A DNA stretch of 46,407 bases from a virus (lineage: Duplodnaviria; Caudoviricetes), in IMG/VR virus record IMGVR_UViG_3300035542_000075, positions 1 to 46,407 of that record. The stretch is one strand, 5' to 3'. The notes under the pieces are model-generated. The model was not told the DNA's origin, did no database searches, and worked only from the letters and a program-made list of their open reading frames with translations. This document shows, piece by piece, positions 26,387 through 37,800 of the stretch. The position numbers and the translations under genes are program-made. Position 1 is the first letter of the stretch, and every line of letters begins with the position of its first letter.

Positions 26387-27210
26387 TGTTAGGGGCTTTG
26401 ATTGGTGGGGGCATAAGCCTCCTGATTAATGAAATGAACAAGGCCAATGCAAAGAAGAGCAGTCGAATCAGTGCCGCAGAGAATGCCAACAACTCAATAC
26501 GTCAGTACAATGAGCTTGCAAGGCAGAGACAGTCAAGGGCCGATCTCTTTGATACCAATATCTCCACCACGTATGGGAACAACTTCCTTGACAAACTCCG
26601 TAGCGGAGCTGATACCGCAACCCTCATGAGTGGCCTTTCCCAAGGAGATACAGCCTTTGCGAAACAACTGCAAGCCTATGATGCAGATGCAAGACAGGCA
26701 ATCGAGAACTCAGTCTTCTCAAATAAGCAGACAGGCTTTCTTGCCGGTATGCAGGGACAGCAAAACGCTCTTGGGATGATGCAACAGTCCATACAGGCTG
26801 AGCAAGCACAGGGAGCCGCTGTAGCCTCACAGAATGTCAGTGGGATACGTAGTGACGCAGGGACGGGGGATAATGCACAGCAGATGCAGGAGCAGGTCAA
26901 CAGGCTTGCAGAAGAATCCCTCCAGAACCAGATAGCAATGCAGAACAAGTCCACCACGCTCCAGATGCAGAGTAACCAAATGACAGCTTCCCAATCAGCG
27001 GAGAAACTCAGGAGACAGGCAGACATTTCAGCTCAGCAAGCCGCAGAGGAAGCCCTGAAGAGCTATGCAAACTATGAAACGGAACAGGACGACATGGAAG
27101 CCTCCATGCAATCCCACAAGAAGGACTATGAGTATTTCGAGGAGAATGCAGGGGATGAGGACAGCAGGATCAATGAATCGTTTGTCCAGTTTGACGATGA
27201 TGATGTGTAA
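26386..27210 (+). CDS. Internal virion / ejection protein (small)
   Basis: N-terminal Gly-rich hydrophobic helix, Gln/Ala-rich; follows the nozzle gene. Confidence 0.7.
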   Translation: MLGALIGGGISLLINEMNKANAKKSSRISAAENANNSIRQYNELARQRQSRADLFDTNISTTYGNNFLDKLRSGADTATLMSGLSQGDTAFAKQLQAYDADARQAIENSVFSNKQTGFLAGMQGQQNALGMMQQSIQAEQAQGAAVASQNVSGIRSDAGTGDNAQQMQEQVNRLAEESLQNQIAMQNKSTTLQMQSNQMTASQSAEKLRRQADISAQQAAEEALKSYANYETEQDDMEASMQSHKKDYEYFEENAGDEDSRINESFVQFDDDDV

Positions 27211-27221
27211 GGAGCAGATGA

Positions 27222-30200
27222 ATGGCATACACCGGTATCAATAAGGCGCAGTTTGAGTCACAGAAATTCAACATCGAGGCAGACGCAAGGCGCAATACTG
27301 TTTCCACGATAGCAAACACCACCCTCTCCGTAGGGCAGACCCTCATACAGAATTCGATGCAGGACAAGCTTGAGGAGCTGAACAACCAGGCAGAGATTGA
27401 CCTTTCCAAAGAGGAAGCGGCAATTTATGCCGACACAGACCCTGAAGAATGGGAAGAGAGGATCAATACCCTGTATGCCGAGTATGGGGAATCCGTCACC
27501 TCAGAGTCAAAGATGTGGCCTACTGTAAAGAAGCAATTCAAGAAGGGCTTGGAGACAAGGAAGTCCAGAAAAATCAGTACGTGGAATGCACAGAAGAAAC
27601 AGGATGAGGTTGCGGCAACACAGGCACACAACACCAATCAACTCAATGGCATTATCCAGTCACAGGACGTTGTAAAATATCTCCAGAGTAGCGGTATCAT
27701 TTACGAGAAAGGCTATACCGGAAAACAAGCAGAAGAAGAACCTACCCTTTCCGATGGCTTTGTCAGTGCCGGAGACTCAAGGATTGGCGGTGAAGCTGAA
27801 GAGGAAGGCGAAAGCATGGTCTTCTCCAGTGAGCTACAGGAAGCATACAACAATGGGGCGAGCAGATTCGACCTGTCTGTCATGGCAATCGAGCATTATG
27901 CCAAGAAACTCCATCCTTTCAATGAGAAGCTGCAGCAGGACACAATCAACAAATACACCAATGATCTCAAAGACACCATGCCGAACAATGACCTCACTAC
28001 AGTGTTCAATGCAACATTCTCCGACAAGAATGTGAATAATTGGGATTTCTCCACTTTCATGAGGGAGTACAAGGCAGGTCTTGAGAATGAAACCTATGGA
28101 GGGGAACCGCTTTCCGAGACCAAGAAAAATGAGCTTATAACACAGGCAGGGAAGATGTGGGATTCACTGGTTGCCCAGAAGACAAAGGAAGCCGCTGACT
28201 TCTACGAGAATAACATCAAGAACCCCATGCAGGAACTCAAGACTGCACAGGCGACCAATTCAAACAACCTTTATTTCACCGAGGACGTCAATGCTGTCTA
28301 CGACAAGGCACTGAAGGATAATCCTGTCCATGCCAAATTCCTCATGGCGCAGAAGGAAGCCGACCTGACCATTGCAAGGAACAACGAGCGTATCCAGATG
28401 CAGAGGGATTTCAAGAGACTGTATTCGCTTGGAGGAGAGCGTAGTGAGGAACAGAACCAGAAACTTATAGACATTAGTGCAAACTTCTCACAGGAAGAGC
28501 TTCTGATACTCAAGCAACAGTCATTGTCTGAAGCAAACGTTATCCAAGAGTTGAAGGATTTTGAGAAGTCTCCATACAGCTACCAGACTGAAGCCGATTT
28601 GTTTGAAAGCACACGTGCGAAGATTGCAACCGGTGGATTCAGTACCAGAAAGGAGCTTGATTCTGCAATCAAGAGCAGTGGTTTTTCTTCCGAAATGCAA
28701 GATGCACTTATGGGAGAGGGAGAGCAGTATTTCTCACGACAGGCACAGTACAAGGCAGAGACAGCACAAGCCGCTGATAATTTCCTCGCCTCCTCTCGCA
28801 ATGACGGCACACTAAAGCTTTCTACCGCAAAGGCATGGCTTGATGAGAACAATATTGAAGACCCTGTACTACGTGAATCCATTGAGAAGGCGGCAAGAAG
28901 CTTCAGCATGGAGACTGCAACAAACGCCTTCTATAAGAAATTCAACGAAGGCCCGATATCCGAGGCTGATTTTGACGCAATCATGGCAGAGAACGAGATT
29001 GAAGACGAGCAGTTTATTGCAGGATTGAATGAGATCAGAACCAATAAGGAACTCAACGAAGCAAACAATGAGGTGTTCGGCCTTATCAACTCAGAAGAGT
29101 TTTCAGGTGAGGGTCTTCAGACAATCATCGATAAATATGGTGTTGAGGATGAGCGAGTAATCAACACTTGGGAGACCATGCTGGAAAACCACAACCTCTC
29201 AACACTCTCAAACAGCCTTGAGGCCTTGGACAAGGACGATAACCTTACCATCGACCAGTATGAGGCAGAGCTTGAGAAAAGCGGTGTTGACTACCAAGAG
29301 AATGCAGGGATGCTCAACCAGTACAGGGCCAAGGCAAGGCAGAACTCCTTTAACAGCGCAAACAACGAGCTTGGAACAATGCTTTACCGTGGAAGCCTGA
29401 GCAAGGGTAGAATCGATGAGGTTGCAGAAAAGTATGGGCTTACCGTTGAGGAAAATCCTGATTTCTTCAATGCGTGGAAGAATCAGGCAGAGGCCCATGC
29501 ACAGGATAACGCAATCAAGGTGTTCAACTCCATGAACTACGATGATTCACTTACCACTGCACAGGCCAAGTCAATCCTTGACACCTATGGGATCACCAAG
29601 GAAGACCCCCTGTACAAGCAAATGATGGATACAGCCGAGGAGAATTACCAGAACCACCTAAGACTGGATGGAGAGGAAGCGCAGGGATTCTCCGGTAAAG
29701 AGAACTCAGATGGTGATGCTCTCAAGTCGGTTAGAACGATGATTGGCGAGTTTAGCAACGGGAATATTGACAAAAGTGACGTAATTTCCCATTTAATAGA
29801 GCAAAAATCGAATTTAACCGAGACTGACTACAAGGAATTGTACAACGAGATAAACAACGAACACCTCATCAAGAAGGCACAATCCGATGCAACATTTGAG
29901 GACAAGGTGTTCAGGCCCTATCTCTCAGAGCAGGACACCATCATGCCTGGCATGACCGACCAGAGAATGAGGGAAGCCGGTCTCGACCCACTCGATTTTG
30001 CTGATGATGCAACATACCTGCAGATGAAGGACGCAGAGGTTATCAACCAGCACATTGCCTATGTTGACCAGTATACGGACAATCAGATGTATCTTGCCCT
30101 TGTAGAGCGTGGACTCAGTGATGAGTCAATCAAGGAGCTTGGATTCTCTATTCCCGACACCTCATTCCAGAATACCCTCCAGTGGGCCAAGGAACACCAA

Positions 30201-31826
30201 GGGGAAAAACCAATCGGCAGGAAGGAATACGCTCAACAGCTTATAGGCGAGGCAAAAGGGAAGATGATTTCCGGCAACCTCCCCTCAGGCAGGAGCTATG
30301 GGGGAAGCAGTACCGCCTCCTCTCTGGATGAAACCATTGCCAAGTCCGCTGACAGAATATATGAGGGCCTTCTTGATGCAAGCAAGATTGGGGCACGGTA
30401 CGATGATCCAGACGCAGTAAGTAATCTCAACCTTATGAAATTCTCACTCGATGACAAAGAGTATGATGCTCTTGCTTACGAGAAATTGGTGAATGGGGAG
30501 ATAACAGAGAAGACATACCTTGCCGCAATCAACGAGGACGTTTCGGTCTACAAGTCACCTGAATACAGGCAGGTTCAGGAAGCTATGAAAATCTTCTCCA
30601 AGTACACAGAGGAGAAGGCAGGTTTCGGTTATGACAAGGATGGGAAGAAAGTACCGGCTAGCAGTCTTCTCACAGACAAGGTCGTGCAGAATTTCAAGGC
30701 GGCTTTCCTTGATGAGTACCAGTATGCCCTGAACAATGCAAATGGAGCATTCGTAGACCCAAATGTCGTGGCAGAGCGTGTGTACAATGAGCTACTCGAT
30801 GCAGAATACACCAAGTATGCAGACAAGACTATGGAGATTCTCCAGAACGATTCTACAGTCATGTACACGAATGTATTCGGGAGGGAGACAGCAAGCAAGG
30901 CCGCTTATACAGACTTTGCAAGTGGTCAGTTGAATCGGTATGACCCCAAGGTAATCACAAACCTCTTGAGTGATCCAAGCAATCCCGATGCAGGTTTTGG
31001 ATCAGAAAGCAGCAAGTTTGGAATGTGGCTTACCAAGAAGAGGAATGGAAGCTCAGACGAGGAAATAGGCAACGAGATTGCATATGACGTGGCTAGGGCT
31101 ATGGGCTTTGAACCACCTCCCTTGGATGGTGAGGATTTTGAGAAGAAGTTTGAAACCTTCCTGAATGAACTACCACCGATTTCAAGGGCACAGTGGGAAC
31201 AGGCTTCCCTGGTCTCCAAGTGGACGCTCGATGTGTACAACCTTGCAAAGAGTGAGATTGACCCTGAGATAGTCAGGCAACTTGATCCTGAGGGGACTAT
31301 CACCCCATTTGTCATGAACAATCAGATGGGTGTTGAGATAGGTGGAGAAAGGTTTTTCTACAATGACGGAGGAAAGAAAGGGGACAGGGGATTCGTCTAT
31401 GCGCATGAGGACAGCACCAAGACACTTTCCTCTGAGGCTTCAGTGCATGAGAAGAGCAAGGCAAGCCTTGAGGAGGGAATCAAGGATACCTTTGTCATGG
31501 ATCAGTACGGAATCGGGGATAAATACGCAAGAGATTACCTCTTCAGTGGTGATGATGTAGATGTGGACAAGGTCGAGAACTACCTTGATGGTCTCATTAC
31601 AAGAAAAGCAAGCCTTCTTGGGAAGAAGGGAGAAGCCTACGTCTCATCGTTGAATGCAAAGGCTGAGGATATCGAATCCCTCACAGGGAATGCAGGTAAA
31701 TACTACTCAGGCTTGGAATACAAGGTGGACAGGAATGCCCTGAAAAAGGCCAAGGAGGATGGGACGATACAGACAAAGCCACTAAGTAGTTTCATCACCT
31801 ATACACTTGTACCAGCGATTCACTGA
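27222..31826 (+). CDS. Large internal virion / ejection protein with internal ~50-aa repeats
   Basis: 1534 aa, helical and acidic; occupies the ejectosome position. Confidence 0.7.
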   Translation: MAYTGINKAQFESQKFNIEADARRNTVSTIANTTLSVGQTLIQNSMQDKLEELNNQAEIDLSKEEAAIYADTDPEEWEERINTLYAEYGESVTSESKMWPTVKKQFKKGLETRKSRKISTWNAQKKQDEVAATQAHNTNQLNGIIQSQDVVKYLQSSGIIYEKGYTGKQAEEEPTLSDGFVSAGDSRIGGEAEEEGESMVFSSELQEAYNNGASRFDLSVMAIEHYAKKLHPFNEKLQQDTINKYTNDLKDTMPNNDLTTVFNATFSDKNVNNWDFSTFMREYKAGLENETYGGEPLSETKKNELITQAGKMWDSLVAQKTKEAADFYENNIKNPMQELKTAQATNSNNLYFTEDVNAVYDKALKDNPVHAKFLMAQKEADLTIARNNERIQMQRDFKRLYSLGGERSEEQNQKLIDISANFSQEELLILKQQSLSEANVIQELKDFEKSPYSYQTEADLFESTRAKIATGGFSTRKELDSAIKSSGFSSEMQDALMGEGEQYFSRQAQYKAETAQAADNFLASSRNDGTLKLSTAKAWLDENNIEDPVLRESIEKAARSFSMETATNAFYKKFNEGPISEADFDAIMAENEIEDEQFIAGLNEIRTNKELNEANNEVFGLINSEEFSGEGLQTIIDKYGVEDERVINTWETMLENHNLSTLSNSLEALDKDDNLTIDQYEAELEKSGVDYQENAGMLNQYRAKARQNSFNSANNELGTMLYRGSLSKGRIDEVAEKYGLTVEENPDFFNAWKNQAEAHAQDNAIKVFNSMNYDDSLTTAQAKSILDTYGITKEDPLYKQMMDTAEENYQNHLRLDGEEAQGFSGKENSDGDALKSVRTMIGEFSNGNIDKSDVISHLIEQKSNLTETDYKELYNEINNEHLIKKAQSDATFEDKVFRPYLSEQDTIMPGMTDQRMREAGLDPLDFADDATYLQMKDAEVINQHIAYVDQYTDNQMYLALVERGLSDESIKELGFSIPDTSFQNTLQWAKEHQGEKPIGRKEYAQQLIGEAKGKMISGNLPSGRSYGGSSTASSLDETIAKSADRIYEGLLDASKIGARYDDPDAVSNLNLMKFSLDDKEYDALAYEKLVNGEITEKTYLAAINEDVSVYKSPEYRQVQEAMKIFSKYTEEKAGFGYDKDGKKVPASSLLTDKVVQNFKAAFLDEYQYALNNANGAFVDPNVVAERVYNELLDAEYTKYADKTMEILQNDSTVMYTNVFGRETASKAAYTDFASGQLNRYDPKVITNLLSDPSNPDAGFGSESSKFGMWLTKKRNGSSDEEIGNEIAYDVARAMGFEPPPLDGEDFEKKFETFLNELPPISRAQWEQASLVSKWTLDVYNLAKSEIDPEIVRQLDPEGTITPFVMNNQMGVEIGGERFFYNDGGKKGDRGFVYAHEDSTKTLSSEASVHEKSKASLEEGIKDTFVMDQYGIGDKYARDYLFSGDDVDVDKVENYLDGLITRKASLLGKKGEAYVSSLNAKAEDIESLTGNAGKYYSGLEYKVDRNALKKAKEDGTIQTKPLSSFITYTLVPAIH

Positions 31827-31841
31827 TAACCGGAGGAAACG

Positions 31842-34800
31842 ATGTTCAATTTTACTGTTCAGTATGATGAGAAGAAATGGCTTGAGATGGAAGAGCAGAT
31901 ACATAATGTGTACAGCAACCATCCAGACCCCAGAAGTGCAGAGGCGGCCTATTCTGTTTCCAACATCATATCTGACGCATTCCCCAACATCAACAAGAAA
32001 GAGGCAATGCGCAACTCGCAGAAGATCATCAAGAATTTCACCGGCTATGAATTGGATACGCAGAATTTCATGACCGAGTTCGTCAATACCATGAAGGCAC
32101 AGAAGAGTGACCTTGATGTTTCCATGACGTTCAGCAAGGCCATGCTTGAGGCGCAGCGCAGTGGTGTTGATTCAGAGGCATACAAGCAGAAAATCCATGA
32201 GGCAATCGAGGAAATGGGTTCTCAGAAACTTCCCTACCGCAATGACTTCAAGGACATGAGCCTGTTCACAGACCTGCTTGTTGAGTCGGGAAGGATTGTC
32301 CCTTCCATGATACCCACGATGGGAATGTACATTGCCGGTGGTGCGCTCTCTACCGTCACAGGTGGAGCAAGCCTTCTTGCGGCAAAGGCAGGTAGCTCAA
32401 TCTACTCAGGCATGATGGAGGCCGGTTCGGTTGCCAAGGACTTGTTTCAGGTCAAGGACGAGGAAGGAAACAGACTCAGCGATGAATACATTCTCTCTGC
32501 ATGGTCTCTGACTATGGCAGGGGTCGGGGCATTGAATCTGGTCACTGACGGTTTCGAGAAGGTCACTGGTGGGATTGCCAACAAGGTAGCCGGTAAGATA
32601 TTCAGCAAACAGGCCACAAAGGAATTGGTGAAAAGCGGTGCTGTCAAGAAATGGGGACAGCGGATCGCTACGGATTACCTTGGGAAGGGTATTACAGGGG
32701 AAGCGGCAGAGGAAGCGATTGAAGAGCTTATCGGCATGGCCTCCTCCAATTACATCATGAAGCACAGCAATGAGACAGAGGGGACACTGTTCGAGGGACA
32801 CAGCAAGGAAGACATCATCAAGGCTATGGCCCAGACCGCAGTATCAACCGCAAAGGGAATGATCCTCACCGGTCTACCCTCCGCCACCATTTCCACCATT
32901 CAGGAATACAACGCAAGCGATACAGCACTCAAGCGCAATGCAAACCGGTTCTCAGAGTTCAACGAGAATTCCGCTGCTGTCTCCATCGATACGATTAAAG
33001 TTCCAAGTGGAGTCAAGGAGACGGACGTAAAGAAGGCCAGTGAGCCTATCAAGGTTATCCAGATAGGAGACCTGTTCAAACCACTGGACGAGGCCCATGC
33101 AGGGCTGGTAGCCGGTCTCAAGAAAAAGGGAGCAAAGGCACTCAATGTAGAGGTCGCTGAAACCTCCTCCGAGTTCACCAAGGAGTCAGTCCAGTCTGCA
33201 AGGTCGTTTGCAAGGGCAAATGAAGCAGTAGAGAAAAATGGTGTGGTTGTATTCGGGGATACAGAGACCATGCAAAAGAAGGCAAGGGACTATGCACTCA
33301 ACCAGAAGTCTGTTGTCGGCTACCACGAAAACGAGAATGAAATCATCATTGACAGGGAAGAGGACGGGATAACCCACTCCCTCATTCTCCGCACCGATGA
33401 AGGTGTCAAGGAAGCAGTCCAGAGTAAGCCTGTGCCCTCTGCTCCTGAGCCTACAGAGACAGTTCTTGACGAGAGTGAGGAAACTACACAGGAAACTGAA
33501 CCAGAGCCTACAGAGAGCGAATTGTATGAAGAGGAAGCCCTGCTGAACGAGGAGGAAATGAGCCTTGATAAGCAGGAGACAGTAGAGCCTGAGCAGGTCG
33601 TCAAGAAGCAATACAATCATTACAACAGGACGCTCCAGAGAAAGGGGGCCAAACCGGAAGAGGTGGAATTCCTCAACAAGACCATCCTTCCGCAGATACA
33701 TGACACCATCAAACAGCAGTCCCCGAACATGACTGAGGAGGAGATTTATAAGCTCTCCATCCCCTCAACGTATTTTGCCTTCGTTGCCTCCAAGGTAGCC
33801 AAGACGGACGTGAACACGTTCTTCAATGAAAACTTCAATGCACAGCCATTTATTGCACTCTCAATGGAGCAGGAGGCTGACTTCCTTAGCTCCAGTGAAG
33901 GCATTGCAAGCACAGAGGTACAGATTGGAAAGAGTGCAAAGCCATTGCTGAATGGACTCACATACAAAAAGGGGAACAAACATCAGATCGGGCTTGCAAA
34001 GGGATTCACCCCAACCACCGTTGTCCATGAAATGGGGCATGTCCTTGTCAACGTAATCAAGGATACCGAGCAATTCGCACCATTCCTCAACGTGTATGCA
34101 AGTCAGCTTGAGCAGGATGGTGGTTCAATCGGAACGCACTTTCAGGAAGCCTTTGCCAAAGACCTTGAGCAGTACTTCATCGATGGGAAGGTCAGGGACA
34201 GTAGCCTAGGGACAATCTTCAAGGAGATTGGACAGGCAATACGTGACTTCCTTGGATTGATTAGCCCACAACTCGACAGGGAAACAAGGATAGCCTTTGA
34301 CAGACTCTTTGACTTCAAGCTTGAGCAGGAGAGCAAGGCTGAGCAGGAGACTACCGTAGAGGCAACCAAAGCACCACAACTGCAGCTTGACCTGTTTGGA
34401 GAACCAAATGAGGTGGTGGATACACTTGCAAAGATTTCAAATCGTGGGTATTGGCATCTTGAGGAGCTGATTTCCAATTACAATGGTTCGCTGGAAAAAA
34501 GTGGTGTTGATTATGATTGGGACAACCAAAAAACGATTGCACCCCATTGGTTTTGGTTCAATAGGCTGAAGTATAAGAGAAATGCAGATGGGAAGATATT
34601 CAAGCTGAATGACGGTGAAGTGAGAATGAGTAGCCGCAACATCAATCATATCATCAGGGAACATGGAAAGGATGGCGTTAATATCTTCCATGTAAGCAGG
34701 ATTGCGCAAGAGCTTGCTAATCCTGTCATGGTTATTAAATCTCCATCAAACAATGATATAAACAAGGATGGGCCGCTTTTTGTCACTCGGTACTACGTGG

Positions 34801-37800
34801 AACATCGGGGAGAAATGCAACCACTGCTTATTGCTGTCAGGAATTACTTTGACTATCCAGATGGGAAAGATGGTATAGCAGTGGATAATGGAATTACTGT
34901 AAACAGCATGTATCCTTGGAAGCCGGAAATGAATGGGGGAAAATCCCTAGATGAATACGCATTGGAAGGCAATATCCTTGCAATAAACAGCAGAGCTTTT
35001 GGCAAGGAAAGTCGTGAGCATATTGGCAATGTTAAATCAGATATCCTTGAAGAAAGAATAAAAACGAGACCAGTCGAGAATGCGCACACCCTACTAAGGA
35101 GCGTACCAGACATTACGACATTGGCCTCTGAGCAAAAGATACTGGACATAAAGCCCTTCGTCAACAAGCAAAACATGGAAGACGTCTTTGATAATAGGAT
35201 TCCCACTCCAGAGAATCCTGTTTATATTGACTTGGCAACCAAAGAATCAGATCAGGTTTTGGCCTCTATCCGTCGTGATGTAGAAATTTACTCTGAAGAG
35301 ATGTCAAGGATTGGGGCATTAGATGAAGACTATGCAAAAACATACAACATCGAAGAGAGTAGTTATGAATTTGGCACTACAAACCCAAAAGCAAAGAAGA
35401 GGAACATAGACCCTGTAAAAGAAAAATCCTCCATAAATATGGACTATGTCATGAAGCATCGTAAAACTGCAAAAGGCATAGACATTGTCCAGAAGATGGC
35501 TGATGTTATTGATGGTTATGAATGGTTCAATAAAGGTAGGCTCAGAAATCCAGAGAAAATTGTACAGAAATTCAAGGATTTTGCTAAGGACAATCTCAGG
35601 GCCTTGTACGATATGGTTGACGAGGAAGTCAGGGAACAGACTAGAAGATGGTATATTGGTGCAAATAGAATAGCTAGGCGATGGTCTATTGAGTACGGGA
35701 GGCCTATTGAGTCGATATCCGCCGCAATAGCGAACCTGTCCCCACAGAAGGATTGGTTTCAGAATGTAAGTCTTGCCCAAAGATTGATGGATATTGTGAG
35801 CAACATCGACTCGATCGAATGGGATGATTCCATGTCAGAGGCAGTGAGGATTGGAAACCCTGATGCCATTGCAGTGTATCTGCCCCAGGTAGATAAGAGT
35901 GGTAACACAAGTTATGAAAACTATAATATTACCAAATACATCTCAGGAAAATCACTGAAGCAACTTGTGGCAGAGCTTGAGTCTGAAGTATATACTGATG
36001 AGCAAATACAGGAGGTAAGCCTATCTAAAACTAAAACCACAAAGGATGAGGAAACAAACAAGAAGATCAAGATATACGCTCTTAGGGCAGAGAGACAGAA
36101 AAGGGTTGCTGCTTGGATTAGACTCTATGATGAGACGCACAACCCAAAAAGCTATAACTTTGTCGGTATGGATGGGACTTTCGGTGATACGGTCAAAGAC
36201 CAAAATGGAGAAGAGAAAAAGGTTGCATGGGGTTCGTTCAGCGAAATAGCATCATCGTTTATCGCATTCACAAACTCAGACCCAGAAACTCTTTCATCCT
36301 CACTTGGTACTGGACACAAAGTCAGGAATTTCTATAACAACATTTTAATACCCATGTCAAAAAGAGGATATGTTACAATAGATACACATGCAGTAGCCGC
36401 ATCCTTGATGATGCCTGTTGCAGGTACTAGCTATGAAGTAAAGCATAACTTCGGGACTGGTGAAAAAGGGATGATAAATCCATCAAGTAATGGTGCTGAT
36501 GGTATTTATGGTACGTATCCAATATATGCACAGGCGTATATTGAGGTTGCAGAGGAGCTTGGACTACTTCCACGTGAATTGCAATCTATTACGTGGGAAG
36601 CGATAAGAAAGCTGTTTACAGAAGATTACAAGAATGAAAGCACTCTTAAAAATGCAAGAGAAAAGTGGAAGAGCTACTTTGAGAATGGGGGGGATAATGA
36701 TGAAACAAGACAACAAATCATCCAAGACGCCAACGAGAAAATGGGAAGAGGAAGAACTGTTAGAGAGCAGATTAATGCAGGATATGGAGTTTCAACTGAT
36801 GCTGTTGTACGAGAGTCCTCTTACGAGAGAACGTTACCTCTTAAACTCATACGGGATCAACAACGAAGAAGAAGTGGGAGCGGAGATAGAATCGGAACTC
36901 CCTTGGGACTTTCAGAACCCAGAGACGAGAGAGCCTTGGGAGGAAACGGAAGAGCCGACAATCAGGGATTTGCAGGAGTACGGACTGATTTAGAGGACGA
37001 AACCCTTGCCTCCATCAGCCGTGACGTTGACCTTGATACCACAAAAAGGTCACTGGAGAACCATTACTACGTACCTGATTCCACCCTCAAGGCATTGGAG
37101 GGAGACCCCGATGTTGATTGGGAAATCCAGTTCAGGCGTATAATGCTCCAAGACCCAACCATTTTCAAGACATTCCAGAGGGCATTGAAGACTGTCGAGA
37201 ATGAGCTTGATGGTGAGCAGGAAGTAACAGCAGAAGCAGTCCTGAAAGTCCTTGAGGAAAACCATAGCGAAGAAACCTTCACCGCAATGAAAGATGAGGT
37301 ACGTGACCCCGAACGCTTTGTGGAGAGACTAATTTGGCAATCACGGTTCGAAGGGGCAACAAAGGCAGACAGGAATTTCAGCAAGAAGCTTACAGACAAG
37401 GAATACCTCCTTGAGGTTGTAAGGACATTGCTGAAGAATTCAGACATGGGGTCAATCCATAATGACCTCCCCTCAGAGTTCTATTCCCTTGATTATGCTT
37501 TCGCAAACAAAAAGGACACAGAATACCGGTATAAAGAGGCAAGGAAGGCAATCCGTAATGACCTCAGACGCTACCGTAGGGACTTCTACAAGCACAAGGG
37601 TATGTTGCCACAACTCTCCTACGAAAAGACCGTGGAGGGGACATACCTTGATGAAGGTGTTGAGGTGGAGGCGTTCGGCAACGAAGAACTTCGCAAACTC
37701 CTTGAGGCAAAGGACACCGACCCTGTTGTAAAGGAAATGATCCGCAAGAACCTTGCTACCGGTGACGTGGTGGAAACCCTCGTAAATACAACCAGGGAGC

